Assembly (NCBI RefSeq): GCF_009914755.1
Contig: NC_060930.1
DNA from: the human T2T-CHM13v2.0 reference genome, Homo sapiens
DNA: 64,000 nt
Reading direction: 5' to 3' (one strand)
Shown piece after piece: positions 1-18,038 of this stretch (position 1 is the first letter of the stretch; the number at the start of each line of letters is the position of its first letter). Position numbers and translations under genes: made by a program. Below the pieces are notes generated by a model that did no database searches, was not told the DNA's origin, and saw only the letters and a list, made by a program, of their open reading frames with translations.

Positions 1-632
1 TGAACGAGTGAGTGCAGGGCTGCTGTACTTTGGTGCTCAGTGCCTTGGAACATGCAGTTTTCTTGCGATTTTCCTGTACAGTCCCCAGATTTACTAGCCT
101 TCCCTCAATATACTGTTATTTTCAAGAATATATTAACGACTGTCAAGATATGTACAGGTATATGCTTTTTGTTTTTATGGGTGTCATATGTGGCTATTGG
201 TGAAAACGAGTTGAAACTAAAGTTTATATTTTTATATGGCTTTTTCATTTCAAACATTAAAAAACATTAAAAATACACCAAAAGGATCAGAAAAAATGCA
301 AGATGATAAAAATACAACTGTGGCCAAAGCCAGGACTTTGTGTCCAGTGGCATGGCTATACTACTCTGTCAGTATTTTATGTCCTCTAATGAAAAATATT
401 GTACCCTAGTGCCAATGTGTAATGTTTTAGACACTGTCATGTAACTGGGAAAGTGTTATCTCAGTAACAAACAATTTTACCTAGTAAATATTCCTAATTG
501 GCTCAAAGATAACTATATTTAAAATCATGTTTAATAATATCAGTGATAATGTCAAAAATGAAATCAGGGCAAGTTAGCAAATTTTTTGTTTATCGTGCAT
601 ACCAAAAATTAATTCACAAACCAGGAGACTTC

Positions 633-933
633 TTTTTTTTTTTTTGAGACGGAGTCTCACCTTGTCAGCCAGGTTGGAGTGCAGTGGTAGAAACACAGCT
701 CACTGCAGCCTTGACCTCCTGGGCTCAAGTGATCCTCTTTCCTCAGCTGGCAGTAGCTGGGACCACAGGTGCATGCTACCTTGCCTGGCTACTTTTTATA
801 TATTTATATTTTTTGTAGAGATGGTGTCTCGCTATGTTGCCCAAGCTGGTCTCAAACTCCTGAGCTCAAGCAATCCACCCACCTTGACCTGCCACAGTGG
901 TGGGATTACAGGCATGAGCCATAGCACCTGGCC
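633..933 (-). mobile_element. Alu (AluJ-like)
   Basis: Poly-T plus full antisense dimer; TSD AAACCAGGAG(A/T)CTTC at 618-632 and 934-948. Confidence 0.95.
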
Positions 934-2033
934 AAACCAGGAGTCTTCAAACAGATAGTGGTAAGAAGCTTGGCTCACAGCAACTTATAAAGCATAAATG
1001 AAGAAGTACATTAATCTCTGTTGCTGTTATTATAATCTTACATTCCTTTCAGGGCAAGCAGAGCTGTAAAAGCTTATTTGCTTGTAGATGGTTGGTTCAC
1101 TTTTATCATGCTGACAAGGACAGAGAGCTTAAGTTTCGTTTATGGCCAGAGCCAGCATTTTAGAGAAGTCAGGATAGCTGAAGTTTCTCTTATGTGGCTA
1201 TGGGTGGTTGGCCTAAGGATATGCCCACACTGTGGCCTCCGTTTGATTTTTCTTTAACAATAACGATATTAATAGCAACCAAATACTGACTGAGTTCTTA
1301 TTAGGTGCCTTTCACATCTACTTATCACAGTGACCCAGAATTGATGTTGAGTCTGCTTTGCTATGCATTTGCTATGCAATGATGAGGCCATACTTTGTGA
1401 TAAGGTAGCAACTAGTCACCTGTGAGATGTTTTTCCACATGGCTTTGCCTCTGTCCAATACCCCACATGTCCAGGAAGCAGGCTTTGTTACATGACTTGG
1501 AGCATCAGCATGTGTTCAGAAGGATGCGTGCGTATACCCTAGAAATAGCTCAAGTTTATTGATTATTTATTAGGTCAAGTAGAAAATTCTAACTAAAGTC
1601 TACTCTTGGTGAAAGGTTAATCCTACTGTGTTTTCATTCCTAAGGTCTCAGAATACTTTTGTAAGAATAATCACCTTTTTTCTCTGATCTTCATGTAAAT
1701 ACACGAGCCCGTAAAGTTTGAAGTGATTTTCCTTAAAAATCAATCAGAATTTTCTGGTTTTTTAAAAAATCATTTTTAGCCTACGTTTTCCTAATATTAG
1801 GAATGTTAGAGCATCAACAGTGCCATAGGTGATACAGAATAAATGCAAAGATGGAAGTAGGTCTCAGGAAATGGCTATATTAAGGTTTCCGCTTCTTTCA
1901 GTAGGAACTCTGGGAGCTCCCTTTTGTTTCCAGTCAAGGCTAAGCCATCTTCTGCCCTTCTGCCTGGGTGCTGCTATGGTTGTAAATGAATTGGCTGTTG
2001 CGGGGAGGAGGAACCATCTGCCTGGGGGCTTGA

Positions 2034-2609
<576 letters not shown>

Positions 2610-2703
2610 CTATGTATTTGCGATACTGTTGTATGGTTCTGATTTTCCACTCTTATTTCTGTTTCCCTACTTGGGACTCTTTGTTTTTATTTTTTATCAT
2701 GAC

Positions 2704-3022
2704 TTTATTTATTTATTATTTTATTTTATCTATTTTTTTTGAGACAGAGTCTCGCTCTGTTGCCCAGGCTGGAGTGCAGTGGCGTGATCTTGGCTCACTA
2801 CAACCTCCATCTCTCAGGTTCAAGCGATTCTCCTGCCTCAGCCTCCGGAGTAGCTAGGAATAAAGGTTCCCACCATCACACCCGGCTAATTTTTGTATTT
2901 TTAGTAGAGATGGGGTTCCACCATATTGGCCAGGCTGGTCTTGAACTCCTGACCTCAGGCGATCCACCCATCTTGGCCTCCCAAAGTGCTAGGATTACAG
3001 GTGGGAGCCACTGCATCTGGCT
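2704..3022 (-). mobile_element. AluS (Sx-like)
   Basis: (TTTA)n tail and antisense dimer; TSD approximately TTTTTATCAT(G/A)ACTTTA. Confidence 0.95.
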
Positions 3023-3676
3023 AATTTTTATCATAACTTTATATTCTGCTGCAAGCTGCTTTTAATTATTCAAGTTAAGAGGAAGGTAAAAAAAATAATT
3101 TCCAGTTCTTACCTGAGCTGAAAAAAATGAGATAGGTAATATAAGCCAGTTCAAATTACAGTGGAAGTAAGAAAACTCAGTTTCTTTGTAAGGATCTGAG
3201 TAGCCCAAGTAGAATCACATGATCATATTGGAAAGCATCTTAAAGATCATAAAGATTATTTGGTCATCTTGTAGAAGAGGGAACTGAGACCTAGAAAGCA
3301 AGTTAAAGTTTATAATGCTAGCTATTTATGAGTTCTCCACAACTTGACAGTGTGACTTTCATGCAATCAGCACTTTCAAATATTAAAAGATAGATATCCT
3401 CAAACTACCTTTTCTAGGCCTAATTGGGACTTCCATGCATCAGCTGATGAACAAACATTCTAATACTTCATTACAGTCAAGCACAATAATCAACAGTTGC
3501 ACTTTGCTAAGCAGTGTTTATTTGCACAACTATTTGAAGACTGTGGTGCATTTATTTATATTAGTTTCTAAAAATGAACAGAAATGGTAAAATGTTCTAA
3601 GTGCTGATACTAACAGCCAGACAACTGAGACAATGATGGACACAGTTAAGTGACTCATGGTCAACTAGACCAGTTA

Positions 3677-4018
<342 letters not shown>

Positions 4019-4299
4019 TTAAACATATCCCAAATTCCAAGACTACATTGTCCAAGTGATAGGAGGGAGTGAGAGAGAATTGAGAAAAGATCAGTAAAAT
4101 ATGAAATGAAAATTATTATCAGAATATCCTGGGAACTCAAATACTGGGAAAGAGTTCATGGGTCCATTCGCTAGGTATACAGCTTACTACAGGCCCGTCA
4201 TCGACAGAAGGCAGCTAGTGCCTTACAAGAAAACAGACAAAACCTCATTAAAATCTACATCACTCATTTCTGCCCTAATCTGTATGAAATGACCATTGA

Positions 4300-4812
<513 letters not shown>

Positions 4813-5980
4813 TAGTTCTTTGGAACATGTAAACCCAGTGTTGAACTTCTGTACATTAAGTTTTTATCACCTTTAACAGGAATGTGTCGTGACTGAAAGT
4901 GGAGGATGAGCTGGTATGACATGGGTTCTGTCTAGGGATTCTCCTGTGGGAGGGAGAGGACCTTTGTCTTGGTAGCTGTCTACTGTACTAATATTCATGC
5001 CTCTCTGCCCAAGTCTGTAGTGTCAGTTTTACCACTTGAGAATTTCAGAAATGAAGTTTACCTCCCCAGTCCCTTTAAAAGATAAAAACAAATTAGCTCA
5101 AATTCTAACCACAGCCATAAGTGGTCCTTGTGCATGGCAATGGCTAAGAATGGGCACTGCCTGCTTCTGAGGTGTCCTCTGTCTTTGCTGTGAGCGGCGT
5201 GACAGCTGTGCCTTCCGTGCTTCTCTTCGGAGGCTTGTTTCTGGGTATGTGTTCACCGCAATGGATGCTTAGATTTTGGTTCACCGAACGACACAGAAGT
5301 CACTGCATTCGATGTGGTGACCTCAGAGCAAGTGGCCTCCAGGTCCAGTTTATCTAAGTCAGAAGCTGTGATTCAGGAAAGCCACTGCAGCTGTTTCCTG
5401 TAGAGAGGTTGGCCGAGGCAAGGACCTCATCACCTGTGGGCGTATCTGCTTGCTAATACCATTGCTGCAGAGGAATAGGTTCCTGGAGACGGAGGCACAC
5501 AGGCCCAGAGAGGAAGTGACAGGGATTTGTAACAGATCACACTGACCTGAAGGAAGGCCCTGACGTAGATATGTCCCCTTTTCACATTCAGAGTCGTTGC
5601 TGCTGCTTCTCTTTATGTCTTGGATAATCCACCTTGGCCTCTTGAGTATACTGTACCTCCCTAACCTGCTGGGCTGAAAGGCCAAGTGCAGGCAACTGAG
5701 TCTATACTGACCTTGAGTGGTTTAGGGAGGAGGCAGTGTGTTATGGAAGCATCTCCTTGAAGCCTTTGTGTGTATGAAAGGACACATTGCACCAACTGAT
5801 AAAATCTGCTCCACTAACCAGAGGCAGTGAAGTGAGAGTGAGCTTGCTTGGCTTGGATAACTGACATTTATCCGTCAGCCAAATTCAGTGGAAAAAAGTA
5901 TGGCAATTGGAGTTAGATCTGGATTTCTGATGCTTGCCAGTCCCGCTTCTTCACTATGTAACCACAGTGCCTCGTTTTCT

Positions 5981-6317
<337 letters not shown>

Positions 6318-7789
6318 TAATATTGATCTTTAATTATGATGATGACTAGATGAGACAATGTATGTGAAGTGCCTGGTTGGCGACTAAAGAAATAATAGTA
6401 TAATAAAAAAAAAACGCCATTATAATTATTTTTATTATGCGTCTGTTCTTCCACCAGATGTTTTGCTGGAGGTGTTAGTAAGAAGGTAATCAGCTTTTAG
6501 AGATGTTCCTCTTTGATCTGCTACAGAGGTGAAAAATCTTAAAGGCAAGCTGCTATTTTTGATTTTGAAAAATCTCAGAAAGACCCAGGACTGCAGAGAT
6601 TGTGAAACTGGTAGTTAAGCAGAATATGTTTGGCAGGAGTGTCACTTCACCCCGAGGTACAGTAAATTAAGAGCAGCATCTTGATTACAGCAAAAGTTCA
6701 GTTCTAGGTCTCCTTTACGGGGCACTTTACCCACAGCTTCTCAGGCGCATGTGTAAAACGAAGTCCACGTGCTGTCTGTTCAGAATAGAACGGAGATGAG
6801 TGGTAAGAGATTTAGAGAGCAGAGTAATTTCAGGTTAGTGTTTGAATTTGGTGTTTGAGAGTAGCCCACAATTAAATGCTGTAAAGTGGCACAGGAAAGT
6901 GGCTTGAACTTTAAGAATGTTCCCTTTCCACCATTCTCCCATTTTATCCTGAGATTTTCCATTTGTATTAATTATCTCCACAGCTCCTGTTGGGTTATAC
7001 AGTAGAATTTGAATTTCTAATAAATGTCAAAATCAGAAAATAGGCCTATAATCTTTCACAGGCAGTTATGAAGAGAATGGACTTTTTGTTTCTGAAGCAT
7101 TTTGTCCTATAAAGCACAGACCTTATTTTTCAAATGCCTTGTCACCAGAAACCACGAGCCATTCTCATTAAAAGACTCTGGAGGAGTACTGGGGATGGTG
7201 GCAGGGCATGGCGGTGTGGGAGAGCAGGCCTGGAGCAGCAGTGCTCACTGGCCGGGGCGTCCTGTCCACCTCACCCTGACTATCAGGGACGTGCAGTCAC
7301 CTAGAAGTCTCTTCCCTCGCAGGACCCAACTTTCTCATCCGTAAAGTCAAGATATTAAACCAGCTGATCTTTAATGTTCTTTCCTGAGTTCCATTTCTTT
7401 GGGCATATCATATGAAAAACCACTCTGCATATTATAATCAACCATTCTTGAAGAAGACATGAGTACGTTTTTATTCACTGAGGCCCATAGTACTTGGGTG
7501 AATAAAATTCATCATCACCTCCAGCGGTGATTTTCTGTGTATTTGGGTGTAATTGCATCATTGGAGTCATTAAAATTATTTTATATGAAGGGCCAGTTTA
7601 TACAATAAATAAAGTAGAATTGCTGTGGTTTCCTCAGGGACTGAGCCCTATGTGCCTGTTTCACTTTCAGCCCCTGAGCATCCCCTGAGGTATCCATAGA
7701 GCCCCATGATTTGAAAATTTGACATTCAGGGTTAGATCCATGCTCCGGAGTGTAGCATTGTATTCTTGATCCAATCCTGTGCCTACTTT

Positions 7790-9545
7790 TCCCACCAACA
7801 TTTTATTATGAAAAATTTCGAGCATACAGGAAAAGTTGAAAAAATTTTACAGTTAACCTTCGTATAGCCGCCACCTCGATTCTACGATTTACATATTACT
7901 GTACTTGCTTTATATTCACATATTCATCTGTCTATCCCTCTATCCTCCAACAATTCTTTTTTTTTTGATAGGTTTCAAATACGCTTCAGAATTCCTCCTA
8001 AATGTAGATAATGATAACTAATTAGCTGGAGTTCAACATTTATTTATAATTCTTTTTTTAGAGTAAAATTTCCATACAGTGAACTTCACGGACCTTAGTT
8101 ATACCATTCATTAGGTTTTTTTTTTTTTTTTAATTGAGATGGAGCCTCGTTCTGTCACCCAGGCTGGATTGCAGTGTTACAATCTTGGCACACTGAAACC
8201 TCCGCCTTCCAGGTTCAAGTGATTCTCCTGCCTCAGCCTCCCGAGTAGCTGGGATTACAGTCACCCACCACCACACCTGGCTAATTTTTGTATTTTTAGT
8301 AGAGATGAGGTTTTGCCATGTTGGCCTGGCTGGTCTTGAACTCCTGACCTCAGGTGACCCTCCCACCTTGGCCCCCCGAAGTGTGGGGATTACAGGCGTG
8401 AGCCAGTGTGCCTGGCCCATTCATTAAGTTCTGACAAAAGTATGTATCTTTGCAATTTAAACTTTCTGTCAAGATGCTAATCATCCCCTTTACCCCAAAA
8501 AGTCCCCTCATGCCCCTTTCTGGTCAGTCTTCATTCACACCATCTAGAAGTCGGTATTGTTCTGATTTTTTTCCAACCAAAAAAGTTGTTTTATCTGTTA
8601 TTACTTTCCATAAAGAGAGTCATATATATTCTTTGTGTCTGGTTTCCTTCACTTATCAAATGTTTTTGAGACCATTTGAGATTCATCCACGTTGTGTGTA
8701 TAGTAGTTTGTGTGTGTGCGTGTGTGTGTGTAATCCATTTTATGAATATACCACTGTTTACCCTTCTGTTGATGGATATCTGGACTGCATCCATTTTGGG
8801 GCTGCTATGAATAAAGTTGCAGTGAATATACAACTCTTTTTCTTGTGAGTATTTTTTCTTGGTTAAATACCTAGGATTAGAATTGAATCATGCGGTAGGT
8901 GTACGTTTAGCTTTGTAAAACATTGCCGGCCATTTTTCTGAAGAGCTTGTACCATTTTACAACGTCACCAACAAATCAGAGTTCTGCGTGTTCCACATCT
9001 TCACCGACATTTGGTGTTTTCAGTCTTTTTAAATTTAGTTTTTCTACTGGAACAACAACAAGAACAATAATAATAATGATGGTGATAACTAATAGTGGTA
9101 TTCCACTGGCTTTTATTTGCATTTCTCTGCTGACTAATGATGTCAACCACTTTTTCATGTGTTTATCAGCTTTTTTGTATCTTCTCTGGTGAAGTGTTTG
9201 TTCAAATCTTTTATTGATTTGTTTTTAACTGAGCTGTTTGTCTTTTGATTGTTGAGTTGTAGGAATTCTTCATATATCCAGCTGTCAGTTTGTGTCATAT
9301 TCTTTGCCGGTCTTTGGCTTCCCTGTTCATTTTCCCAAAGATGTCTTTTGAGAAATGTAAGATTTTAGTTTTCAAAAAAATCCATTCTCTCAATATTTTC
9401 TTTCACGATTACTGCTTTCTGTATTCTAAGAAACCTTTGTCCACTCCAAGGTATGAAAGCATTCTCATATATTTTATTGTACAAGCTGCACATTTGGTCA
9501 CTAGTCTTTACATTTAGGTCTTTGCTGTATCTTGAATGGATGTAT
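7790..9545 (-). mobile_element. Old L1M (MC/ME-like) 3' fragments, interrupted by an Alu
   Basis: Typical antisense L1 motifs (TTTTATTATGAAAAATTTC..CATACAG; GCTGCTATGAATAAAGTTGC; TTTGCATTTCTCTGCTGACTAATGATGT). Confidence 0.75.
8116..8417 (-). mobile_element. AluS (Sx-like)
   Basis: Antisense dimer; TSD CATTCATTA(G/A)GTT. Confidence 0.95.
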
Positions 9546-9889
9546 GTGTGTGCTGTGAGATAGGAGCTCTGCCTGCTTCTGGCCACTCCTTCAACACAAT
9601 CTCTGCTGCTGTTACCCTGGCTTACTGGCCATTTCCCAAATGTATATACACTCATGTCTGTGTACTTGTATGTTGTGTTACTTCCTTACTTATTTATTTA
9701 TTTATTTTATTTATTTTTTTGAGACAGAGTTTCAAGTATATAGTACTAAATAAAACATAAGTAATCTGTGCCACCGTGGTTCTTGTTATGTAGTAAGGAT
9801 AGACATTAAACAAATAAACACAAATGCTCTTCTATGAATATCTGGTGAAGTTCTTTTTATCCTTTAAAACTTGTCTTTACGGTATTTGG

Positions 9890-12075
<2,186 letters not shown>

Positions 12076-13227
12076 AATCCCCTTCAAAGCTAATTCCTCT
12101 GGAGAGCTGGGGTTTCTTCTAGCTTGTTGTATATTTGCTCATTTAGTCATTTACATACTCATCATTTAGTAAGTTGTTACTTTCTGCCAAATTCACTGAT
12201 AGGTTCTGAAAATTCAAAAAGTGAGCACATGTCTAGATATAAATATTTGAGATTCAGAGCCATATGGGTGGTAGGATATTACCTCAGTAAGAATGTATAA
12301 TTTCAGAGAGCATCAAGGCTATACTTGTTTCTCTGTATTGCATTTATTCCACAGAGCTGTCTCCACCAGCCTGTGAACTGGAGCATAGGGCCATTATTTG
12401 TTCATCTTCAGATACCAGCTACCTGCTTTTGTAGCTGATATATATAAGCCATTTTATGCAAATATGTTGAATGATTGATTTAATGCATGAATACTTGCTT
12501 TTACTTTTTATGAGAGCAGTGAGCCATATGACCAAACAAAGGGACTGGACAGGGAGATATAAAACTAATTTTTCTTTGTTTATAGATTGCAGGAACATAT
12601 CTTTTCACAGTTCTATGACAACTGGACCTGAAATTTAGCAAGCCCAGGAAAATCAGTCTCCAAAACACGTATTTGTGATATATTTCTTGTAATAGCTTAT
12701 GGAAGATTTTCAGCTGTTCTTTGATAGAATATTGACAGAGATTAACTGATCCCCCCCACAACAAACTACATTTCTTATTTTCCTCGATTACAGAAGTTCA
12801 GTGCATAAAAGCAGGGTGGGGGAAATCAGATGGATTGCCATAATCTCATAAGCCACTGTTAATTCCTTTATGAGCTCTTCTGGTATTTTTTTATAGCATA
12901 AGACACACCTACGTACATACAAAATAAAGATGATATCATGAGATGTGAGTAATTTTTAGCTGTTTTATCTGTATTGTGACCATTGCGCAATGTGAAAATA
13001 CAATCTCAATTCACACATCACTGCACCATACTTTATTGCAGAAGCCCCTTAGTGTTGGACAGTCAAGTTGTTTCTAATTAGGAATAGTAACTGTTTCTTG
13101 TTCTGCCGTATTGTGTTAGGGGCAGTACACTTTTGCTATCTCTATAAAAAGATGCCACCATGTCTACCAGAGTAAACCTCTGGAAATAGAGATTTGAAAA
13201 CAGCTTATCTCCGCCCTTCATTTATAT

Positions 13228-13455
13228 CAGGCTTGTTCAGCCCGTGGCCTGTAGGCAGCCTGTGGCCCAGGATGGCTTTCAATGTGGCTCAACACAAATT
13301 CATAAACTTCCTTAAAACATTGAGGTTTTTTTTTTGTGATTTTTTTTTTTTAATTTTTAGTTCATCTGCTATCATTAGTGTTAGTGTATTTTATGTGTGG
13401 CCAAAGACAATTCTTCTGATGTGGCCCAAGGAAGCCAAAAGATTGGACACTCCTG
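13228..13455 (-). mobile_element. MER30 (hAT-Charlie MITE), full length
   Basis: Termini CAGGCTTGTTCA...TTGGACACTCCTG; perfect 8-bp TSD ATTTATAT at 13220-13227 and 13456-13463. Confidence 0.9.
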
Positions 13456-13975
13456 ATTTATATGATAGGTGATCGACTGTCATAATATTCTTTGAAGTTC
13501 ACTTTGATTTCTGGGAGGGAGCCTTAAAAAAAAAAAAGCTTCCCAACCAGAAGATGAGCATTGATTTTTTTCTGAAATCTTAAACTCTAACTTGAAGTAC
13601 GTCATGCCCACTCTGCTCAGGTGTGTGGCTTGTCACTATGTCAGTGCCTCATGCTGGTGCTTTCTTTGTGTGAAGGGAGATGCAGTGGGTGGGTCAGTAG
13701 AGAGCAGTAGGTGAGCAGGAAGGGAGAACGGAAGGCCTGAGGCTTTGTCCTCAGTTACCTCCAGTCAGCACTGCCTCTGCAGAGAAGACCAGCTCTGGGC
13801 CTTGGTTTCCTCATCTAGTAAATGCCCTCTGGTTGATCTAACTCATCTCTCAGTTTCCGCTAACTATAAATTTTACATTTCTTTTGAGATGTAAATACTT
13901 GCTCGACTAGCCTTGAGAGCTTTCCATCCTTCTGTCCTCCCTTCCTCCTTCCCTTCCTCCCTTCTTCCTGTATTA

Positions 13976-15045
13976 ATTTTTATTTTTATTTTAACTGACA
14001 CATAATCGTACATATGTACGGGGTACAGTGAGATGCCTTGATACATATACATTGTGTAATGATCAAATCAGGGTATTTAGCATTTCTGTCATCTCACACA
14101 TTCATTTGTTCTTTGTAGTGAAAACCTTCAAAATCCCTTCTTCTAGATATTTTGAAATTATATCATACAATATTGTTAATGATAATCACCCTTCTGCACA
14201 GTAGCACACCAGAACTTATTTTTCCTGTCTGTGGCCCTGTACATGTTAACCAGTCTCTCCCAATCACACTTCCCTTCTACAGCCTATGCTATCCACTATT
14301 CTACTCTTTGCTTCTGTGAGATCACCTTCTTTAGCTCCCGCATGAGTGAGATCATGTGATTTTTGTCTTTCTGTGTCTTTCATTTCGTTTAACATAATGT
14401 GCTATAGATTCATCCATGTTGCTGTAAATGACAATTTAATTCTTTTTATGGCTGAATAGTATTTCATTGTGTATATATTCCACATTTTCCTTATTCACTT
14501 ATCTGTTGATAGATACTTGAGTCGATTCCATTTTTTGGCTATTGTGAATAGTGCTGCAATAAACATGGGAGTGCAGATATATCTTTGACATACTGATTTC
14601 ATTTCTTTTGGGTGCATACTCCATAGTGGGACTGCTGGATCATATAGAAGTCCTATTTTTAGTTTTTTGAGGAAGCTCCTTACTGTTTTCCATAGTGGCT
14701 GTATTAATTTGCATTCCCACCAACAGTGTATAAGGATTCCTCTTTCTCTGCATCCTTGCCAGGATTTATTTTTTGTAGCCATTCTAACCGGGGCAAGGTG
14801 ATGTCTCATTGTGGTTTTGATTTGCATTTCCCTGATGATTTATGATGTTGAACAGTTTTTCATATATCTGTTGGCCATTTGTATGTCTCTTCAGATTTTT
14901 TTACCTGTTTTTAAATTGTAATATTTGGTGTTTTTTTTTTTTTTTTTTTTTTTGCTATTGAGTTGTTTGAGCTTCTTAGATATTCTGAATATTAACCCCT
15001 TGTCAGATGTACAGTTTGCAGACATTTTTTTCTCATGCTGTAGGT
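13976..15045 (-). mobile_element. L1MA-type 3' end
   Basis: Antisense ORF 14495-14827 is L1 ORF2 C-terminus-like ([11 protein letters not shown]...[14 protein letters not shown]). Confidence 0.9.
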
Positions 15046-15645
15046 ATTCCAGAGAGCTGTCCTTTCTCAGGTGTGATAGTGACTGTGGCAGAACCAAAGC
15101 CCAAGGCAGAAGGACAAACCAGGCTTTTCATCTCCTGTTTGCTGCTTTTTTTTTTTTTTAAAAGTGATTTCTTGTAACAGTGGTCACAGACATATATTCT
15201 GGTCTAAGTGATAAAATCTTTTTTTTTTCCTCCCAAATCTTACTATGTTAACATCTCCATCTCATCTAGAGATTAGTTTTCTCTCCATGTCATCCTCTGG
15301 AGCACAGCCCAGGACTGAGAATTCAAAGCCTCTAAAGATAAAACATGGCCATTTCAATCCTCTTACACTAAAACCAGACACCATATTCTCTAGGTCTTTA
15401 CCCAATTTCATTGAAACTACTTAGCATTCAGTTCTCATGAGCTTAATTATTTTGCTTCCCAGATAGCTTACAACAGCATGAAAGCCTGAGACTCAGAGGG
15501 GATGGAGGAGCTGAGTACTATTATTATAATAACAGTAGAGGATCTGCTGACCAACGGAAATCAAAGGGGCAAAAATGAAAACACTAAAAATCTATGATTG
15601 CACAGAATGCAGATTTTCTTAAAGGATTACTATGGTCATTGATAA

Positions 15646-16016
<371 letters not shown>

Positions 16017-16021
16017 TATGC

Positions 16022-16200
16022 TAGTGGTTTTCAAGCCGTAGCTGGCATGAGAATCACCCTGAAGGGTTATTAAGGTACAGACTGATGTGCCCTGCCCCAG
16101 AGTTCCTATTTTTTGGGTCTAGGGTAGGGCTTGAGAATCTAACATCTTCTCTGGTGATGTCAATGTCACTGGTCTTGGGACTGTATTTTGAGAACTACTG
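16022..16200. mobile_element. MER5A-like hAT MITE
   Basis: TIR-like ends TAGTGGTTTTCAA...TTGAGAACTACTG and internal AGAATCACC...GCCCCAGAGTT. Confidence 0.75.
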
Positions 16201-16572
16201 TTGTATTCAAAATTATTTTAAATGTTATTTAAAATAAGTTTAAATTTCCTGGGAAACATAACTTGTGTGTAAAACGTAGTCCTTACTAAGTAATTATTTT
16301 TAAAATATTTTAATTTTGTATCCTACTTCCTGTAGCTCCCACCTCCTTTGGTGTGAATTGAGAGTCATGGGATTCTTTGCTTTTAAATAATTCTCTGTGT
16401 GATTCTTCCACCATGGGAGTCTGCCCTCGGTTTCCTCAATTTAGAGACTGTAAATATTTGTGATTTTTCCATTTTTGAATTTACTTCTTTCTATTTTCAT
16501 ATTTTTAATTTTATTTTGCTTCCCTTTTACTGTTTGAACCCAAAGGATAATTTTACTTTTTTTAGGTTTTCC

Positions 16573-16860
16573 TTTTTGTTTTTTTTTTTTTTTTGAGACA
16601 GTCTCACTCTGTCACCCAGGCGTGATCTCAACTCACTGCAACCTCTGCCTGCTGGGTTCAAGCAGTTCTCCTGCCTCAGCCTCCTGAGTAGCTAGGACTA
16701 CAGGTGCGTGCCACCATGCCCGGCTAATTTTTTTGTAATTTTAGTAGAGATGGGGTTTCACCATGCTGGCCAGGCTGGTCTTGAACTCCTGACCTTGTGA
16801 TCCGTACGCCTCGGCCTCCCAAAGTGCTGGGATTACAGGTGTGAGCCACCATGCCCAGCC
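16573..16860 (-). mobile_element. AluS with an internal deletion of about 14 nt
   Basis: CCCAGG|CGTGATCTC lacks the consensus CTGGAGTGCAGTGG. Confidence 0.92.
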
Positions 16861-17064
16861 TTTTTAGATTTATAATGCTGTTTTCTGAGCAGTGGTCATA
16901 ATATTCACATACACACACACACACAGACACACATGCACACACACGGTATAACATGCAAAAGGTTAGAAAGTCGAATGGTAAAACATAAATTTCTTTCCCT
17001 GCTGTCTCCCAGCCACATCATTCTCTTCCTTGGAGACACCTACTATGATCAATTTCTTGATATA

Positions 17065-18038
<974 letters not shown>

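Noticed and set aside
14495-14827. ORF resembling a reverse-transcriptase C-terminus
   Set aside because: Dead L1MA ORF2 fragment.
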